NCBI GenBank assembly: GCA_031800675.1
Contig: DAPKRU010000165.1
Span: 790 to 64,789, forward strand
Direction: 5' to 3'
Source: Polyangiaceae bacterium LLY-WYZ-15_(1-7)
GTDB lineage: Bacteria; Myxococcota_A; Polyangia; Polyangiales; Houyiibacteriaceae
DNA length: 64,000 nucleotides
Made by a program: the position numbers and the translations under genes. Positions 15,484 through 24,585 of the stretch are shown one piece after another. How positions within the stretch are numbered: the stretch's first letter is position 1; each line of letters begins with the position of its first letter. A model generated the notes under the pieces. It ran no database searches. It had not been told where the DNA came from and was given only the letters and a program-made list of their open reading frames with translations.

Positions 15484-17211
15484 ATGACGACCGAACGCGC
15501 CGCCTGCACCGCGCTCCTCCTCACCCTCGCGCTCTTCGGGGGCGCCTGCGGAGACGACGACGGAGCGACCGGGGACGCGGGGCCGGCGGTCGACGCGGGC
15601 CCGGCGGACGCCGGCGAGCCGCCCTTCACGGTCGACAGCTACTGCCCGGGCGCCGAGGGCTGCCCCGCCGGCGGCGACCCGACGCTCCTCGTCGGCGCGG
15701 CCATGCGCGAGATCACGCCCTCCCTCGAGGGGCGCGACCGGATGACCCTCGACACCAACGGCGACGGCATCTGGGACCCCTTCGACGGCGACGAGTTCGA
15801 GGACGTCGACGAGGACGGGCTCTTCGACCCGGTCTTCATCGCGGGCTTCGGCAGCCCCCGGCCGGCGAGCGACATCCACGACCCGCAGTGGGCGCGCGCC
15901 ATCGTGCTCCAGCAGGGCGAGACGACCATGGCCCTGGTCGCCCTCGACACGTTCAGCATCTTCATCGACGACACGGACGCGATCCGCGCCATGGTCGGCG
16001 ACGAGGTCGACTTCCTCACGACCTGCGCGACGCACACGCACCAGGGGGCGGACACGCTCGGCATCTACGGGCTCGGCGAGAGCTCGAGCGGGGCCGAGCT
16101 CTCCTATCTGCAGCACGTGCGGGAGCAGGCGGCGGCGGCCGTGCGCGAAGCCCTCGAAGAGCTCCGCCCGGCGCACGTCCAGTACGCGAGCTTTCGCTTT
16201 CGGGATCAGCCGGGCGGGACGACGCGCTACGTGAGCGACGCGCGGCACCCGCGGATCATCGACGACGAGGCTCGCATCGCGCGCTTCCTCGACGCCGAGG
16301 ACGAGAGCACGATCGCCACCTTCGTGAACTTCGGCGCGCATGCCGAGTACTGGGGCGACGAGAACACGAACCTCTCGAGCGACTTCCCCCACTTCCTGCG
16401 CGACGCGACGGAGAACGGCGTCGCGGGGCCGGATGGGGAGGAGGTGCCCGGGGTCGGCGGCATGACCGCCTTCTGCCAGGGCGCCATCGGCTCGCAGATC
16501 GGGCCCGGCGAGATCACGCCCGAGACCTGGGAGGGCGAGGCGCTGCCGGACGAGTCGCGGGAGACCATGGAGGTCGTCGGCCGGCAGATGGGCTACTTCG
16601 TGCTGCAGGCCCTCGGTGAGGATGGCGGCAGCGTGACCGACGAGACCGCCGAGCTCGGGTTCCGCCAGCGGCGCTTCTTCGTGGACGTGCAGAATCGCGG
16701 CTTCCACGTCGCGATCCTCAACGACCTCTTCCTCCGCGAGAGCTACGGCTGGGACGAGGATCAGCTGCTGCGGCCGGGCGTGAACGAGCCGGACATCCTC
16801 ACGGAGGTGGCCGTGGTCGACATCGGGCGGCTCCAGATGATCTGGGTCCCGGGGGAGATCGATCCGGCGCTCTTCGTCGGCGGCTACGACGGGACGAGCT
16901 ACACGCCGGAGGACGTCGACTTCATCGACGACGACCTCGAGAACCCGCCGGACATCGCGCTGGCGCCCGAGGGGCCCTACCTGCGCGACCTGGCGCGGGA
17001 GGACGCCGAGTACGTCGGCATCGTGAGCCTGGGCAGCGATCAGATCGGCTACTTCTTGCCGGACTTCGACTACGTGCTGGACGCGCGGAACCCGTACATC
17101 GACGAGGCGCCGGGCGACCACTACGAGGAGACGGTCTCGGTGGGGATCGACGGCTGGGGGCGGGTGCAGCGGCAGCTCGAGCAGCTGCTCGCCTGGACGC
17201 CGGACGAGTGA
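15484..17211 (+). CDS. Neutral/alkaline-ceramidase-like hydrolase lipoprotein (distant similarity)
   Basis: Signal LLLTLALFGGAC-GDDDG. Motif order AMREITP ... WARAIVLQQGETTMALVALD ... CATHTHQGAD matches the N-terminal ceramidase-domain pattern. Starts 8 nt after the preceding stop. Confidence 0.6.
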   Translation: MTTERAACTALLLTLALFGGACGDDDGATGDAGPAVDAGPADAGEPPFTVDSYCPGAEGCPAGGDPTLLVGAAMREITPSLEGRDRMTLDTNGDGIWDPFDGDEFEDVDEDGLFDPVFIAGFGSPRPASDIHDPQWARAIVLQQGETTMALVALDTFSIFIDDTDAIRAMVGDEVDFLTTCATHTHQGADTLGIYGLGESSSGAELSYLQHVREQAAAAVREALEELRPAHVQYASFRFRDQPGGTTRYVSDARHPRIIDDEARIARFLDAEDESTIATFVNFGAHAEYWGDENTNLSSDFPHFLRDATENGVAGPDGEEVPGVGGMTAFCQGAIGSQIGPGEITPETWEGEALPDESRETMEVVGRQMGYFVLQALGEDGGSVTDETAELGFRQRRFFVDVQNRGFHVAILNDLFLRESYGWDEDQLLRPGVNEPDILTEVAVVDIGRLQMIWVPGEIDPALFVGGYDGTSYTPEDVDFIDDDLENPPDIALAPEGPYLRDLAREDAEYVGIVSLGSDQIGYFLPDFDYVLDARNPYIDEAPGDHYEETVSVGIDGWGRVQRQLEQLLAWTPDE

Positions 17212-17297
17212 GGGATGCGCGCGGGCGACCGCGCTTTCAGCGGGGCGTTCGGGAGCGCTCCGAGGATGTGACCCGCGGACGTGGGTTTGGAGGAGAG

Positions 17298-18260
17298 ATG
17301 AAGCTTCGGATGGTTTTGGCGGCGCTCCTGGCGCTGGGTGCGGTCGCGTGCGGCGACGACGATGGAATGATGATGGCGGACGCCGGGCCCTCCGGGCCGG
17401 TGCTCCAGACGGGCGACGGGCCCGATCCCACCGACGCGACGGGCATCGCGATCGACCCGGCCACGGCCGCGCCGGCCGACTACGCCTGCCTCGGCATGGG
17501 CATGCGCCCGACCGGTGGGGAGGACGTCACCTTCGATCTCGAGATCAAGGAGTTCCGCACGGACGATACGCTCGGCGACCTCTGCGTGCGCTTCTACGCG
17601 GACAACATGCCGATGCCCGGCGACACCTGCGATCCCGAGTCGGACCTGGTGACGGACGGCGACGGCGTGGTCGAGGTCACGGCGCCGGCGAACGGCTGGT
17701 ACGCCTACCGCGTCTTCCCCAAGGAGGGCCCCTCGCCCTCGCTGCAGATCGCGGGCTCGGTGCAGATCAACGAGCCGGCGCCGGAGGCGGACGGCGGCAG
17801 CGCCGAGGGCAACAGCGTCTCCCAGGCGACGCTCGACCTGATCCCGACCGTGCTCGGCTTCAGCCAGGTGCCGGGCACGGCCGTGGTCGCGGGCACGGTC
17901 TTCGACTGCGCCGGGGACCCGGTCTACGGCGCCGAGGTGCGCCTCTATCGCGAGGACGGCTCGCCCATCCTCGAGGGCACGGCGAACGCCGACCCGCACT
18001 ACCGCTACTTCGACGGGGACGACTTCCCCTCGGCGGATCAGCCCTACACGCACGTCGACGGGCTCTTCGCGACGGCGAACATCCCGGTGGCGTCGGATGG
18101 CGAGTTCGTCTTCATGGAGCTCTGGGGCCGCCTCGGCGAGAGCGACACGGAGGCGCAGCTGATCAGCTGCGAGCGGCTGCCGGTCTTCGGCGACACGATC
18201 TCGATCGTGAACCTCGAGCCGCTCCGCGCCGACGCGCCGGCCTGCCCGGGCGCGAGCTGA
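17298..18260 (+). CDS. Hypothetical lipoprotein
   Basis: MKLRMVLAALLALGAVAC-GDDDG. GGAGG lies upstream of the ATG at 17298. Third codon positions are G/C throughout. No family recognised. Confidence 0.6.
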   Translation: MKLRMVLAALLALGAVACGDDDGMMMADAGPSGPVLQTGDGPDPTDATGIAIDPATAAPADYACLGMGMRPTGGEDVTFDLEIKEFRTDDTLGDLCVRFYADNMPMPGDTCDPESDLVTDGDGVVEVTAPANGWYAYRVFPKEGPSPSLQIAGSVQINEPAPEADGGSAEGNSVSQATLDLIPTVLGFSQVPGTAVVAGTVFDCAGDPVYGAEVRLYREDGSPILEGTANADPHYRYFDGDDFPSADQPYTHVDGLFATANIPVASDGEFVFMELWGRLGESDTEAQLISCERLPVFGDTISIVNLEPLRADAPACPGAS

Positions 18261-18346
18261 ACCGACGCGGGGGGCGGGCGCGCGAGGGCGTGCCCGCCCA
18301 CCCGTGACCGCCGCGCCGCGGCGCGGATCGAAGGAAGGGTGGAGAC

Positions 18347-20410
18347 GTGAGCATCACGTGGGGTCGAGGTCTCGCGGCGTGGGCGTGCGCGCTCGCGCTG
18401 CTCGTGGGAGGCGCCGCCGAGGCGCAAACGGCGGACGCGGAGCCCGCCGGAGCGGAAGCGGAAGCCGGAGCGGATGCCGGAGCGGATGCCGGAGCGGATG
18501 CCGAAGTGGATGCCGAGGCGGAAGCCGGAGCGGAAGCCGGAGCGGATGCCGAGGCGGATGCCGGAGCGGGGACCGAGGCGGAAGCCGACGCGGACGCGGA
18601 AGCCGACGCGGACGCGGAAGCCGAAGCGGACGCGGAAGCCGATGCGGACGCGGAGCCCGCCGAAGCGGACGCGGAAGCCGAAGCGGACGCGGACGCGGCC
18701 CCCACCCCCGCCGAGACCGCCCGCGCCGCGGAGCCCACCCGCGTCCTCGGCGGCGGCGAGCGCGAGGGCGGCTCCGACGCCTCCGCCGACATCCCCCTCG
18801 AGGTGGCCCTCCACGGCTACTACCGCGCCCGCTACGGCTGGTGGGGGAACGTCCCCGTCTTCCAGCGCCGCATGGACGGCACGCGCGACGCCGAGGACGC
18901 CCACTTCGCCTTCCAGCGCCTCCGCCTCAACCCCCAGGTCACCTACGGCGATCCGGACCGCCCCATCGCCGCCCTCTACATGCAGATCGACGCGCTCGAC
19001 AACGTCGTCTTCGGCGACAACGCGCGCATCACCCGCACCCCCCTCTTCGCCCAGGACCCCTCCTACACGGACTACGAGGGCTTCGACATCGCCGACTCCT
19101 TCCGCCTCGAGCGCGCCTGGCTCGAGGTGCTCATCCCCGTCGGTCAGATCCGCGTCGGCCGCATGCCCTCCCAGTGGGGCCTCGGCCTCCTGGCCCACGA
19201 CGGCAACGGCCTCGGCGAGTGGGGCGACCCGCTCTTCGGCACGACCTTCGACCGCGTCCTCTTCGCGACCCGCCCGCTCACTGTCGTCAACGCGCTCACG
19301 CGCGGGGACACGCGCCCGACGCCGCTCATCTTCGCCCTCGGCTACGACAAGCTCGTCGAGAGCCCGGTCACGAGCGCCGTCGACCCGCCCGCCATCAACG
19401 CCTCCCTCGGGCCCTTCGGCCCGATCGTGAGCAGCCCGGCCGAGTTCAACGAGTCCGCCGGCGGCTTCCGCAGCCTCCGCAACGGCATCCCCTTCAGCAC
19501 CTGGACCGGCGAGAACGACGACGTGAACGAGCTCGTCACGGCGCTCCTCTGGAAGGACGACGACTTCGGCCCGCGGAGCACCGACAGCCTCACCGTCGGC
19601 GGCTACTACGTCTATCGCTGGCAGCGGCGCGGCGGCGCGCTCCGGGACCTCCCGGACGACGCGCAGGCCTCGCGCGTGCACATCATCGACGGCTACTGGA
19701 AGCTCGACTACGGCCTCGGCCCGCGCCTGCCGAGCTTCTACACGGAGGGCGAGATCATCCACATCCGCGGCCGCACCAACACGGTCAGTCTGGCCGGCGG
19801 CTGTGACGACGAGGCGGGCGTCTGCAACGAGACCGAGGCCGACCTCCTGGGCGGCGCCATGCGCGCCGGCGTGCGCCAGGACGGGGAGTACGGCGCCGTG
19901 CTCGAGTGGGGCTTCGCCTCCGGCGACGGGCGCCTCTTCAACGACCCGACCCTGAGCGTGCGCCCGCTCCACCCCGACTACCACGTGGGCCTGCTCATGT
20001 ATCAGGTCGGGCTCTCGACGCTCACGGCCATCGGCCTCGGCGAGGAGATCCGCCCGCTCTGGTCCCGCGGCGGCGTGTGGAACTCCCACTACGTCTTCCC
20101 GCAGGTCCGCTACACGATCCTCCCCGGCATCGAGGTCCACGCCGCCTTCCTCACGGCCTGGGCCCGGGCGCTCCTGCCGACCGTCTACACGAACGAGCGC
20201 GCCGACTTCACCGACACGGCCTGCGGCCCCTTCGAGAAGGACTGCCACGTCGGCTGGGAGGTCGACCTCGCCTTCCGCTTCCGCTGGGGCCAGAACGACC
20301 TCATGCGCTGGGACACGGAGATGGGCCTGATGCGCGCCGGCCAGGCCCTGAGCGGCCTCGGCGAGGAGTTCCTCTGGACGGTCCAGACGCGGATGGCCCT
20401 CGTGTTCTGA
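18347..20410 (+). CDS. Putative outer-membrane beta-barrel protein with an acidic repeat N-terminus (paralog of 13533-15476)
   Basis: GTG start with signal ...LLVGGAAEAQ. About 90 aa of (A/E/D/G) repeats. Motifs PSQWGLGLLAHDG and LFATRPL shared with the paralog. C-terminal ...RMALVF. Confidence 0.65.
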   Translation: MSITWGRGLAAWACALALLVGGAAEAQTADAEPAGAEAEAGADAGADAGADAEVDAEAEAGAEAGADAEADAGAGTEAEADADAEADADAEAEADAEADADAEPAEADAEAEADADAAPTPAETARAAEPTRVLGGGEREGGSDASADIPLEVALHGYYRARYGWWGNVPVFQRRMDGTRDAEDAHFAFQRLRLNPQVTYGDPDRPIAALYMQIDALDNVVFGDNARITRTPLFAQDPSYTDYEGFDIADSFRLERAWLEVLIPVGQIRVGRMPSQWGLGLLAHDGNGLGEWGDPLFGTTFDRVLFATRPLTVVNALTRGDTRPTPLIFALGYDKLVESPVTSAVDPPAINASLGPFGPIVSSPAEFNESAGGFRSLRNGIPFSTWTGENDDVNELVTALLWKDDDFGPRSTDSLTVGGYYVYRWQRRGGALRDLPDDAQASRVHIIDGYWKLDYGLGPRLPSFYTEGEIIHIRGRTNTVSLAGGCDDEAGVCNETEADLLGGAMRAGVRQDGEYGAVLEWGFASGDGRLFNDPTLSVRPLHPDYHVGLLMYQVGLSTLTAIGLGEEIRPLWSRGGVWNSHYVFPQVRYTILPGIEVHAAFLTAWARALLPTVYTNERADFTDTACGPFEKDCHVGWEVDLAFRFRWGQNDLMRWDTEMGLMRAGQALSGLGEEFLWTVQTRMALVF

Positions 20411-20490
20411 GCGGATGCCTCCGATGCTCTGAGCGGATGCTCCGAGCGGTTGTACCGAGCGGGCTCCGAGCGGATGCTCCGAGCGGAGGC
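20409..20490. repeat. Six copies of a ~10-13-nt motif (c)cGAGCGG(a/t)(t/g)g(c/t) in a convergent intergenic spacer
   Basis: GAGCGG cores read at 20409, 20431, 20444, 20458, 20468 and 20481. The array starts inside the stop codon of the upstream gene. Confidence 0.75.
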
Positions 20491-20569
20491 CCGTGGAGCC
20501 GAGGCCCGCACGGCGCGAGGCCGCTCCGTCTCCGGGGCGGCCTCGTCGCTTCTTCGCGCCGGGTGCGCG

Positions 20570-20977
20570 TCAGCTCTGGATGGCGATCTTCTTGGCGGCC
20601 GGGGCCTCGCGCTTGGGGACGCGGAGCTCGAGCACGCCGTCGGCGAGCTTCGCTTCGATGGCGTCGGCGTCGACGGTCTCGGGGAGGCTGAAGCTCCGCG
20701 AGAAGGAGCCGTAGAAGCGCTCGACCCGGCGGTAGCCCTCCTCGTCGCCCTCCTTCGCCAGCTTCCGCTCACCGCGGATGGTGAGGACGTTCTTCTCGAC
20801 GTCGACGTCGAAGTCCTCGGCCTTCATGCCCGGCACCTCGACGTGCAGGGTGAAGCCGGCGTCGTCCTCGTGGATGTCGACGGCGGGGCGGAACTCGGGG
20901 GGCTCGACGGCGCGACGGCCGAAGAGCTGGTCCTGGAGGCGGTTCATCTCGGAGAAGGGGTCCCAACGGGTGATCAT
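20570..20977 (-). CDS. Small heat-shock protein, Hsp20/alpha-crystallin family
   Basis: 135 aa with an alpha-crystallin domain (PAVDIHEDDAGFTLHVEVPGMKAEDFDVDVEKNVLTIRGER...GVLELRVPK). Confidence 0.93.
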   Translation of the reverse strand: MITRWDPFSEMNRLQDQLFGRRAVEPPEFRPAVDIHEDDAGFTLHVEVPGMKAEDFDVDVEKNVLTIRGERKLAKEGDEEGYRRVERFYGSFSRSFSLPETVDADAIEAKLADGVLELRVPKREAPAAKKIAIQS

Positions 20978-21133
20978 GGCGTGCGTGCTCCCTCGGCCCG
21001 GGCGGCCGGTCGGTGGACGGAAGTGGACGGTCCTCGGGGCCGGGCCCCGGAGGCGTGGCGCGGGCCGTCTCGGGCCCCGCCGGAGGTGTCGTCCTGGTGG
21101 TGGGGGTGGCGGCCCCCGACCCGGACGAAACGC

Positions 21134-21161
21134 AAGCTAAGCAGGGGCGTTCGGCTGTCAA
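21134..21161 (-). promoter_or_regulatory. Candidate sigma70-type promoter TTGACA-N16-TAGCTT upstream of hsp20
   Basis: Read on the minus strand: TTGACA 21161-21156 and TAGCTT 21139-21134. It would give a ~150-nt GC-rich leader. This is a sequence match only. Confidence 0.3.
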
Positions 21162-21434
21162 CGGGGTGGGGCCGTCCGGCGCGGGCGGTCGGGTGAGAGC
21201 ACGCACGCCGACCCTTCGGCGCCCTCTGCCGCGTGGCGAGGAGACTGCATGATTCCGTCGTCGTTGACCCTCCCGGAGCCGCTTGCCATGCTGCGCCCCG
21301 GAGGGAGCGGTGGCGCCGGGCGATGAATGTCCGGCGCGCTGGGCCGTCCAGCACACGGGAGAGGTGCGGGCCGCGGGGCCCGCCCGAGACGCTTGCACTT
21401 GGCGGCCCGCGGGCCGCGCACATCGGGAGGACGC

Positions 21435-22523
21435 ATGAACGCGCTGAGGAAGATCACCACCCTGCTCGCGGCCGGGATCCTGGCCACGGGTTGCGTGGTC
21501 GAGGTCGACTTCGAGCCCATCGGCGGCTCGGTCGCCGTGGACGGAGCCTGGACCATCAACGGCTTCACGCCGGACGCGGCGCTCTGCAGCGACGCGGGCA
21601 TCGCCGAGGTCGAGCTCCGCATCTACGAGTCGATCGGCAGCGACTTCTACACGGACGCCACGCTGGTCGGCGACTGCGCCGACGGCGGCTTCCTGACCGG
21701 GCCCTTCCTACTGGCGGACACCTACCGGCTCCAGTGGGTCGCCTACGACGCCTCCGGCAGCATCGTGGCCACCTCGACCTTCGCGAGCGTCACGGCGAAC
21801 GCCGGCGACACCATCGTCGCCGACGTGAACTTCGACGTGGACGTGATCCCGCCCGCGAACACCTTCGCCGCGAGCTGGAGCATCAACGGCACGGCCGCCG
21901 ACAGCACGCTCTGCACGGAGGCCGGCATCGCGACGGTCCGCCTCAACTTCTTCGACGACGCGGGCGGCACGAGCCTCGCCCAGAGCTTCGACTTCGACTG
22001 CGGCGTCGGCGGCTTCGACAGCCGCGACGGCGGCCAGCCGACCATGCCCGAGGGCATGTTCTTCAACCAGTGGCAGGCCCTCGACGGCTCCGGCGCGGTG
22101 GTCGGCGAGACGCTCGCGCCCTTCCCGGAGGCGGACACGACGGCCGTCGATCACATCAACCTCGCCGGACCCGACTTCGAGGTCTCGCTCACGCCGACGC
22201 TCCGCGTGAACTTCCAGTACGAGCTCGCCGACGCGCTCGGCAGCTACGGCACCTGCACGGAGGCCGGGGTGGTCGACTCGAACTACCTCTTCTTCCTCTT
22301 CGATGGCGGCGGCACGATGGTCTCGCTCGATCCGGCGATCACCACCTGCCAGAACTTCGTCGAGTTCCCGGACATCACCCCGGACACCTACGCGGTGGAG
22401 GTCTCGGGCGAGAGCTTCGACGGTGCCATCAAGTGGGGCACGGGCGTGCCGACGAGCTGCGGCGGCCTCATCGCCGAGTCGGGGCTCGAGGAGTACGACT
22501 GCTTCGTGGACATCGTCCCCTAG
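21435..22523 (+). CDS. Hypothetical lipoprotein built from three ~110-aa internal repeats
   Basis: MNALRKITTLLAAGILATGC signal, with GGGAGG upstream of the ATG. Repeats share W(T/S)ING....D..LC..AGIA.V.L with conserved Cys pairs. Confidence 0.65.
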   Translation: MNALRKITTLLAAGILATGCVVEVDFEPIGGSVAVDGAWTINGFTPDAALCSDAGIAEVELRIYESIGSDFYTDATLVGDCADGGFLTGPFLLADTYRLQWVAYDASGSIVATSTFASVTANAGDTIVADVNFDVDVIPPANTFAASWSINGTAADSTLCTEAGIATVRLNFFDDAGGTSLAQSFDFDCGVGGFDSRDGGQPTMPEGMFFNQWQALDGSGAVVGETLAPFPEADTTAVDHINLAGPDFEVSLTPTLRVNFQYELADALGSYGTCTEAGVVDSNYLFFLFDGGGTMVSLDPAITTCQNFVEFPDITPDTYAVEVSGESFDGAIKWGTGVPTSCGGLIAESGLEEYDCFVDIVP

Positions 22524-22547
22524 CGTCGGCCTGCGGCCGGCGCTGAA

Positions 22548-22612
22548 GCGGGATTCGCCGAATCCCGCGGAGGCTCGAAGACGAGGGCGCTTCCCTGGGG
22601 GGCGCCCTCGTC
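22548..22612 (+). terminator. Two consecutive perfect hairpins after the lipoprotein gene
   Basis: GCGGGATTC-gcc-GAATCCCGC at 22548-22568 (9-bp stem). GACGAGGGCGC-N11-GCGCCCTCGTC at 22580-22612 (11-bp stem). No clear U tract. Confidence 0.5.
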
Positions 22613-22698
22613 GCGTTCCGTCTCCCGCGCCGAGCGGCGCCCCCGTCGACCACGGGCTGTGGGTCGCGTTCTCGGGCGTGGGGCGCTAAGCCTCGGGC

Positions 22699-24492
22699 GT
22701 GAGCGCGCGGAAGAAGAAGCGTCGGAAGAAGGGCGGCCCGGCGAAGAAGCCGGCGTCGACCGGAGCGGCGCCGGAGGCCTCGGCGTCGACGAGCGCGCCG
22801 GAGAAGCCGCGGTCGACGGAGAGGGCGTCGAAGGGCACCTCCGGCGACGATGCGGGAAGGTCCGCGGGCGGCATCGGCGCGAAGCGCTGGGTCGACGACG
22901 CCTTCCTGGTGCTCGCGGCCGTGCTGACGTTCGCGCGGGGCGTCCCCCGGGCGCTCATGGAGAGCTGGGACGACCAGCGCTTCCTCGTCGAGTTCGAGCC
23001 GGTCCAGGCGATCTCCCTCGACAACCTGGTGGCCATCTGGAGCGAGCCGCACTTCGAGGCCTACCACCCGCTCCACCTGATGGCCTACTGGCTGGACGTG
23101 CCCTTCGCCGGGCCGAACGGGCCGGTGATCCACGCCGTCAACCTCGCCCTCTTCGCGGGCGCGCTCCTCCTCGTCCGCCGCGTGCTCCTCGGCTGGGGCC
23201 TCGGTCGCCTCCCGGCGCTCCTCGCGACCCTCGCCTACGGCCTCCATCCGGTGCAGGTCGAGGCGGTCACCTGGGCGACGGGCCGCAAGGAGATCGTCGC
23301 CCTCGCCCTCGCCTGCGCCGCCCTCCTCGCCCACCGGCGGAGCGCCGGCGCCTGGGACCGCTGGGCCTGGGCGAGCCGCGCCGCCTACCTCCTCGCGGCC
23401 CTCGCCAAGACCACCGTGCTCCCGCTCCCGCTCGTCCTCCTCGCGGAGGACGTCTGGCTCCGCGAGCGCTCCCTCGGCGAGGCGGTCAAGCACCACGCCC
23501 TCGCGCTCGTCGCCGGGCTCGGCCTCGCGCAGGTCGTCGTGTCCATCTGGGAGGCGAACGAGATGGTGCGCCCGCCGCCCCCGGGCCTCGGTCGGGTCGC
23601 CCTGGTCGGCGCCACCATCACCCACCACCTCGGCACCGCGCTCCTCCCCCTCGACACGAGCCCGGTCTACGCGCTCCACCGCGAGCTCGGCGACTTCTCC
23701 TGGCTCGACGCGGCCGGGCCGCTCGCGCTGGCGCTCCTCTTCTGGCGTGGAGGCCCCCGAGCGCGCTTCTCGGCCTTCGCCTTCGCGGCGCTCCTGGCGC
23801 CGGTCATGAACTTCGTGCCGGTCTACTTCGAGGTGCAGGACCGCTACCTCTCGCTCCCGCTCCTGCCCCTCGCCTTCGGCTTCGGCGCGCTGCTCGAGAA
23901 GATCGGCGAGGCGGAGCCCCGCCGCGTGCTCTTCGGCGCGCCCTGGGTGGGCCTGCTCGCGGCGCTGACGGTGCTCTACCAGGGCGCCTGGGAGAGCGAC
24001 GAGGCGCTCTGGACGCACGCCGCCGAGACGCACCCGGGCTCCTTCTACGCCTGGATGAAGGTCGGCGAGGTGCACCGGAACGAGGGCGAGTACGACTCCG
24101 CGCTCGCGGCCTACGAGCACGCCATCGAGGCCGAGCCCACGCTCCGGCTCGGGCATGCGGGGCGCTTCCAGGCCCTCGCGCTCCGCGACGAGGCGCGCCT
24201 CAACCTGAGCCCTTCGCAGGCCATCCCGCTCAGCCAGCGCTACGTGCAGCACGCCGACGACGCGGTCGCCCTCCGCACGCTCGCCGGGGACATGGTGGTC
24301 GCCGGCTACCGGGAGGCGGCGCTCATGCCCCTCTCCCGCGCCCTCGACCTCGAGCCGCTCCCGCCCGAGCGCCTCGAGCGGGCGGCGGTCCTCCAGCTCG
24401 AGCACGACGCCGAGTGGCTGGTGCGCTTCTACGTGAGCCGCCTCGGCCGGCCGCCTTTCGACGAGCGGCTGCGCCCCTTCATGCCCGAGTGA
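22699..24492 (+). CDS. TMTC-like polytopic membrane protein (GT-C-type O-mannosyltransferase-like N-terminus) with C-terminal TPR repeats
   Basis: GTG start and a K/R-rich N-terminus. Motifs AYHPLHLMAYWLD, IHAVNLALFAGALLLVRRVL and HPVQVEAVTWATGRKE resemble the TMTC/DUF1736 region. The C-terminus is TPR-like (YAWMKVGEVHRNEGEYDSALAAYEHAIEAEP). Confidence 0.65.
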   Translation: MSARKKKRRKKGGPAKKPASTGAAPEASASTSAPEKPRSTERASKGTSGDDAGRSAGGIGAKRWVDDAFLVLAAVLTFARGVPRALMESWDDQRFLVEFEPVQAISLDNLVAIWSEPHFEAYHPLHLMAYWLDVPFAGPNGPVIHAVNLALFAGALLLVRRVLLGWGLGRLPALLATLAYGLHPVQVEAVTWATGRKEIVALALACAALLAHRRSAGAWDRWAWASRAAYLLAALAKTTVLPLPLVLLAEDVWLRERSLGEAVKHHALALVAGLGLAQVVVSIWEANEMVRPPPPGLGRVALVGATITHHLGTALLPLDTSPVYALHRELGDFSWLDAAGPLALALLFWRGGPRARFSAFAFAALLAPVMNFVPVYFEVQDRYLSLPLLPLAFGFGALLEKIGEAEPRRVLFGAPWVGLLAALTVLYQGAWESDEALWTHAAETHPGSFYAWMKVGEVHRNEGEYDSALAAYEHAIEAEPTLRLGHAGRFQALALRDEARLNLSPSQAIPLSQRYVQHADDAVALRTLAGDMVVAGYREAALMPLSRALDLEPLPPERLERAAVLQLEHDAEWLVRFYVSRLGRPPFDERLRPFMPE

Positions 24493-24585
24493 GCCCCTGC
24501 TCCGCGGCTCGGCGGAGCCATTGCTCGCGGCTCAGTCGAGCCCCTGCTCCGCGGCTCAGCCGAGCCCCCGCTCCGCGGCTCAGTT
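24491..24585. repeat. 23-24-bp tandem repeat x4, each unit a small hairpin (GAGCC-N10-GGCTC)
   Basis: Units at 24491-24514, 24515-24537, 24538-24561 and 24562-24585. The array spans the whole spacer between two convergent stop codons. Confidence 0.85.
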
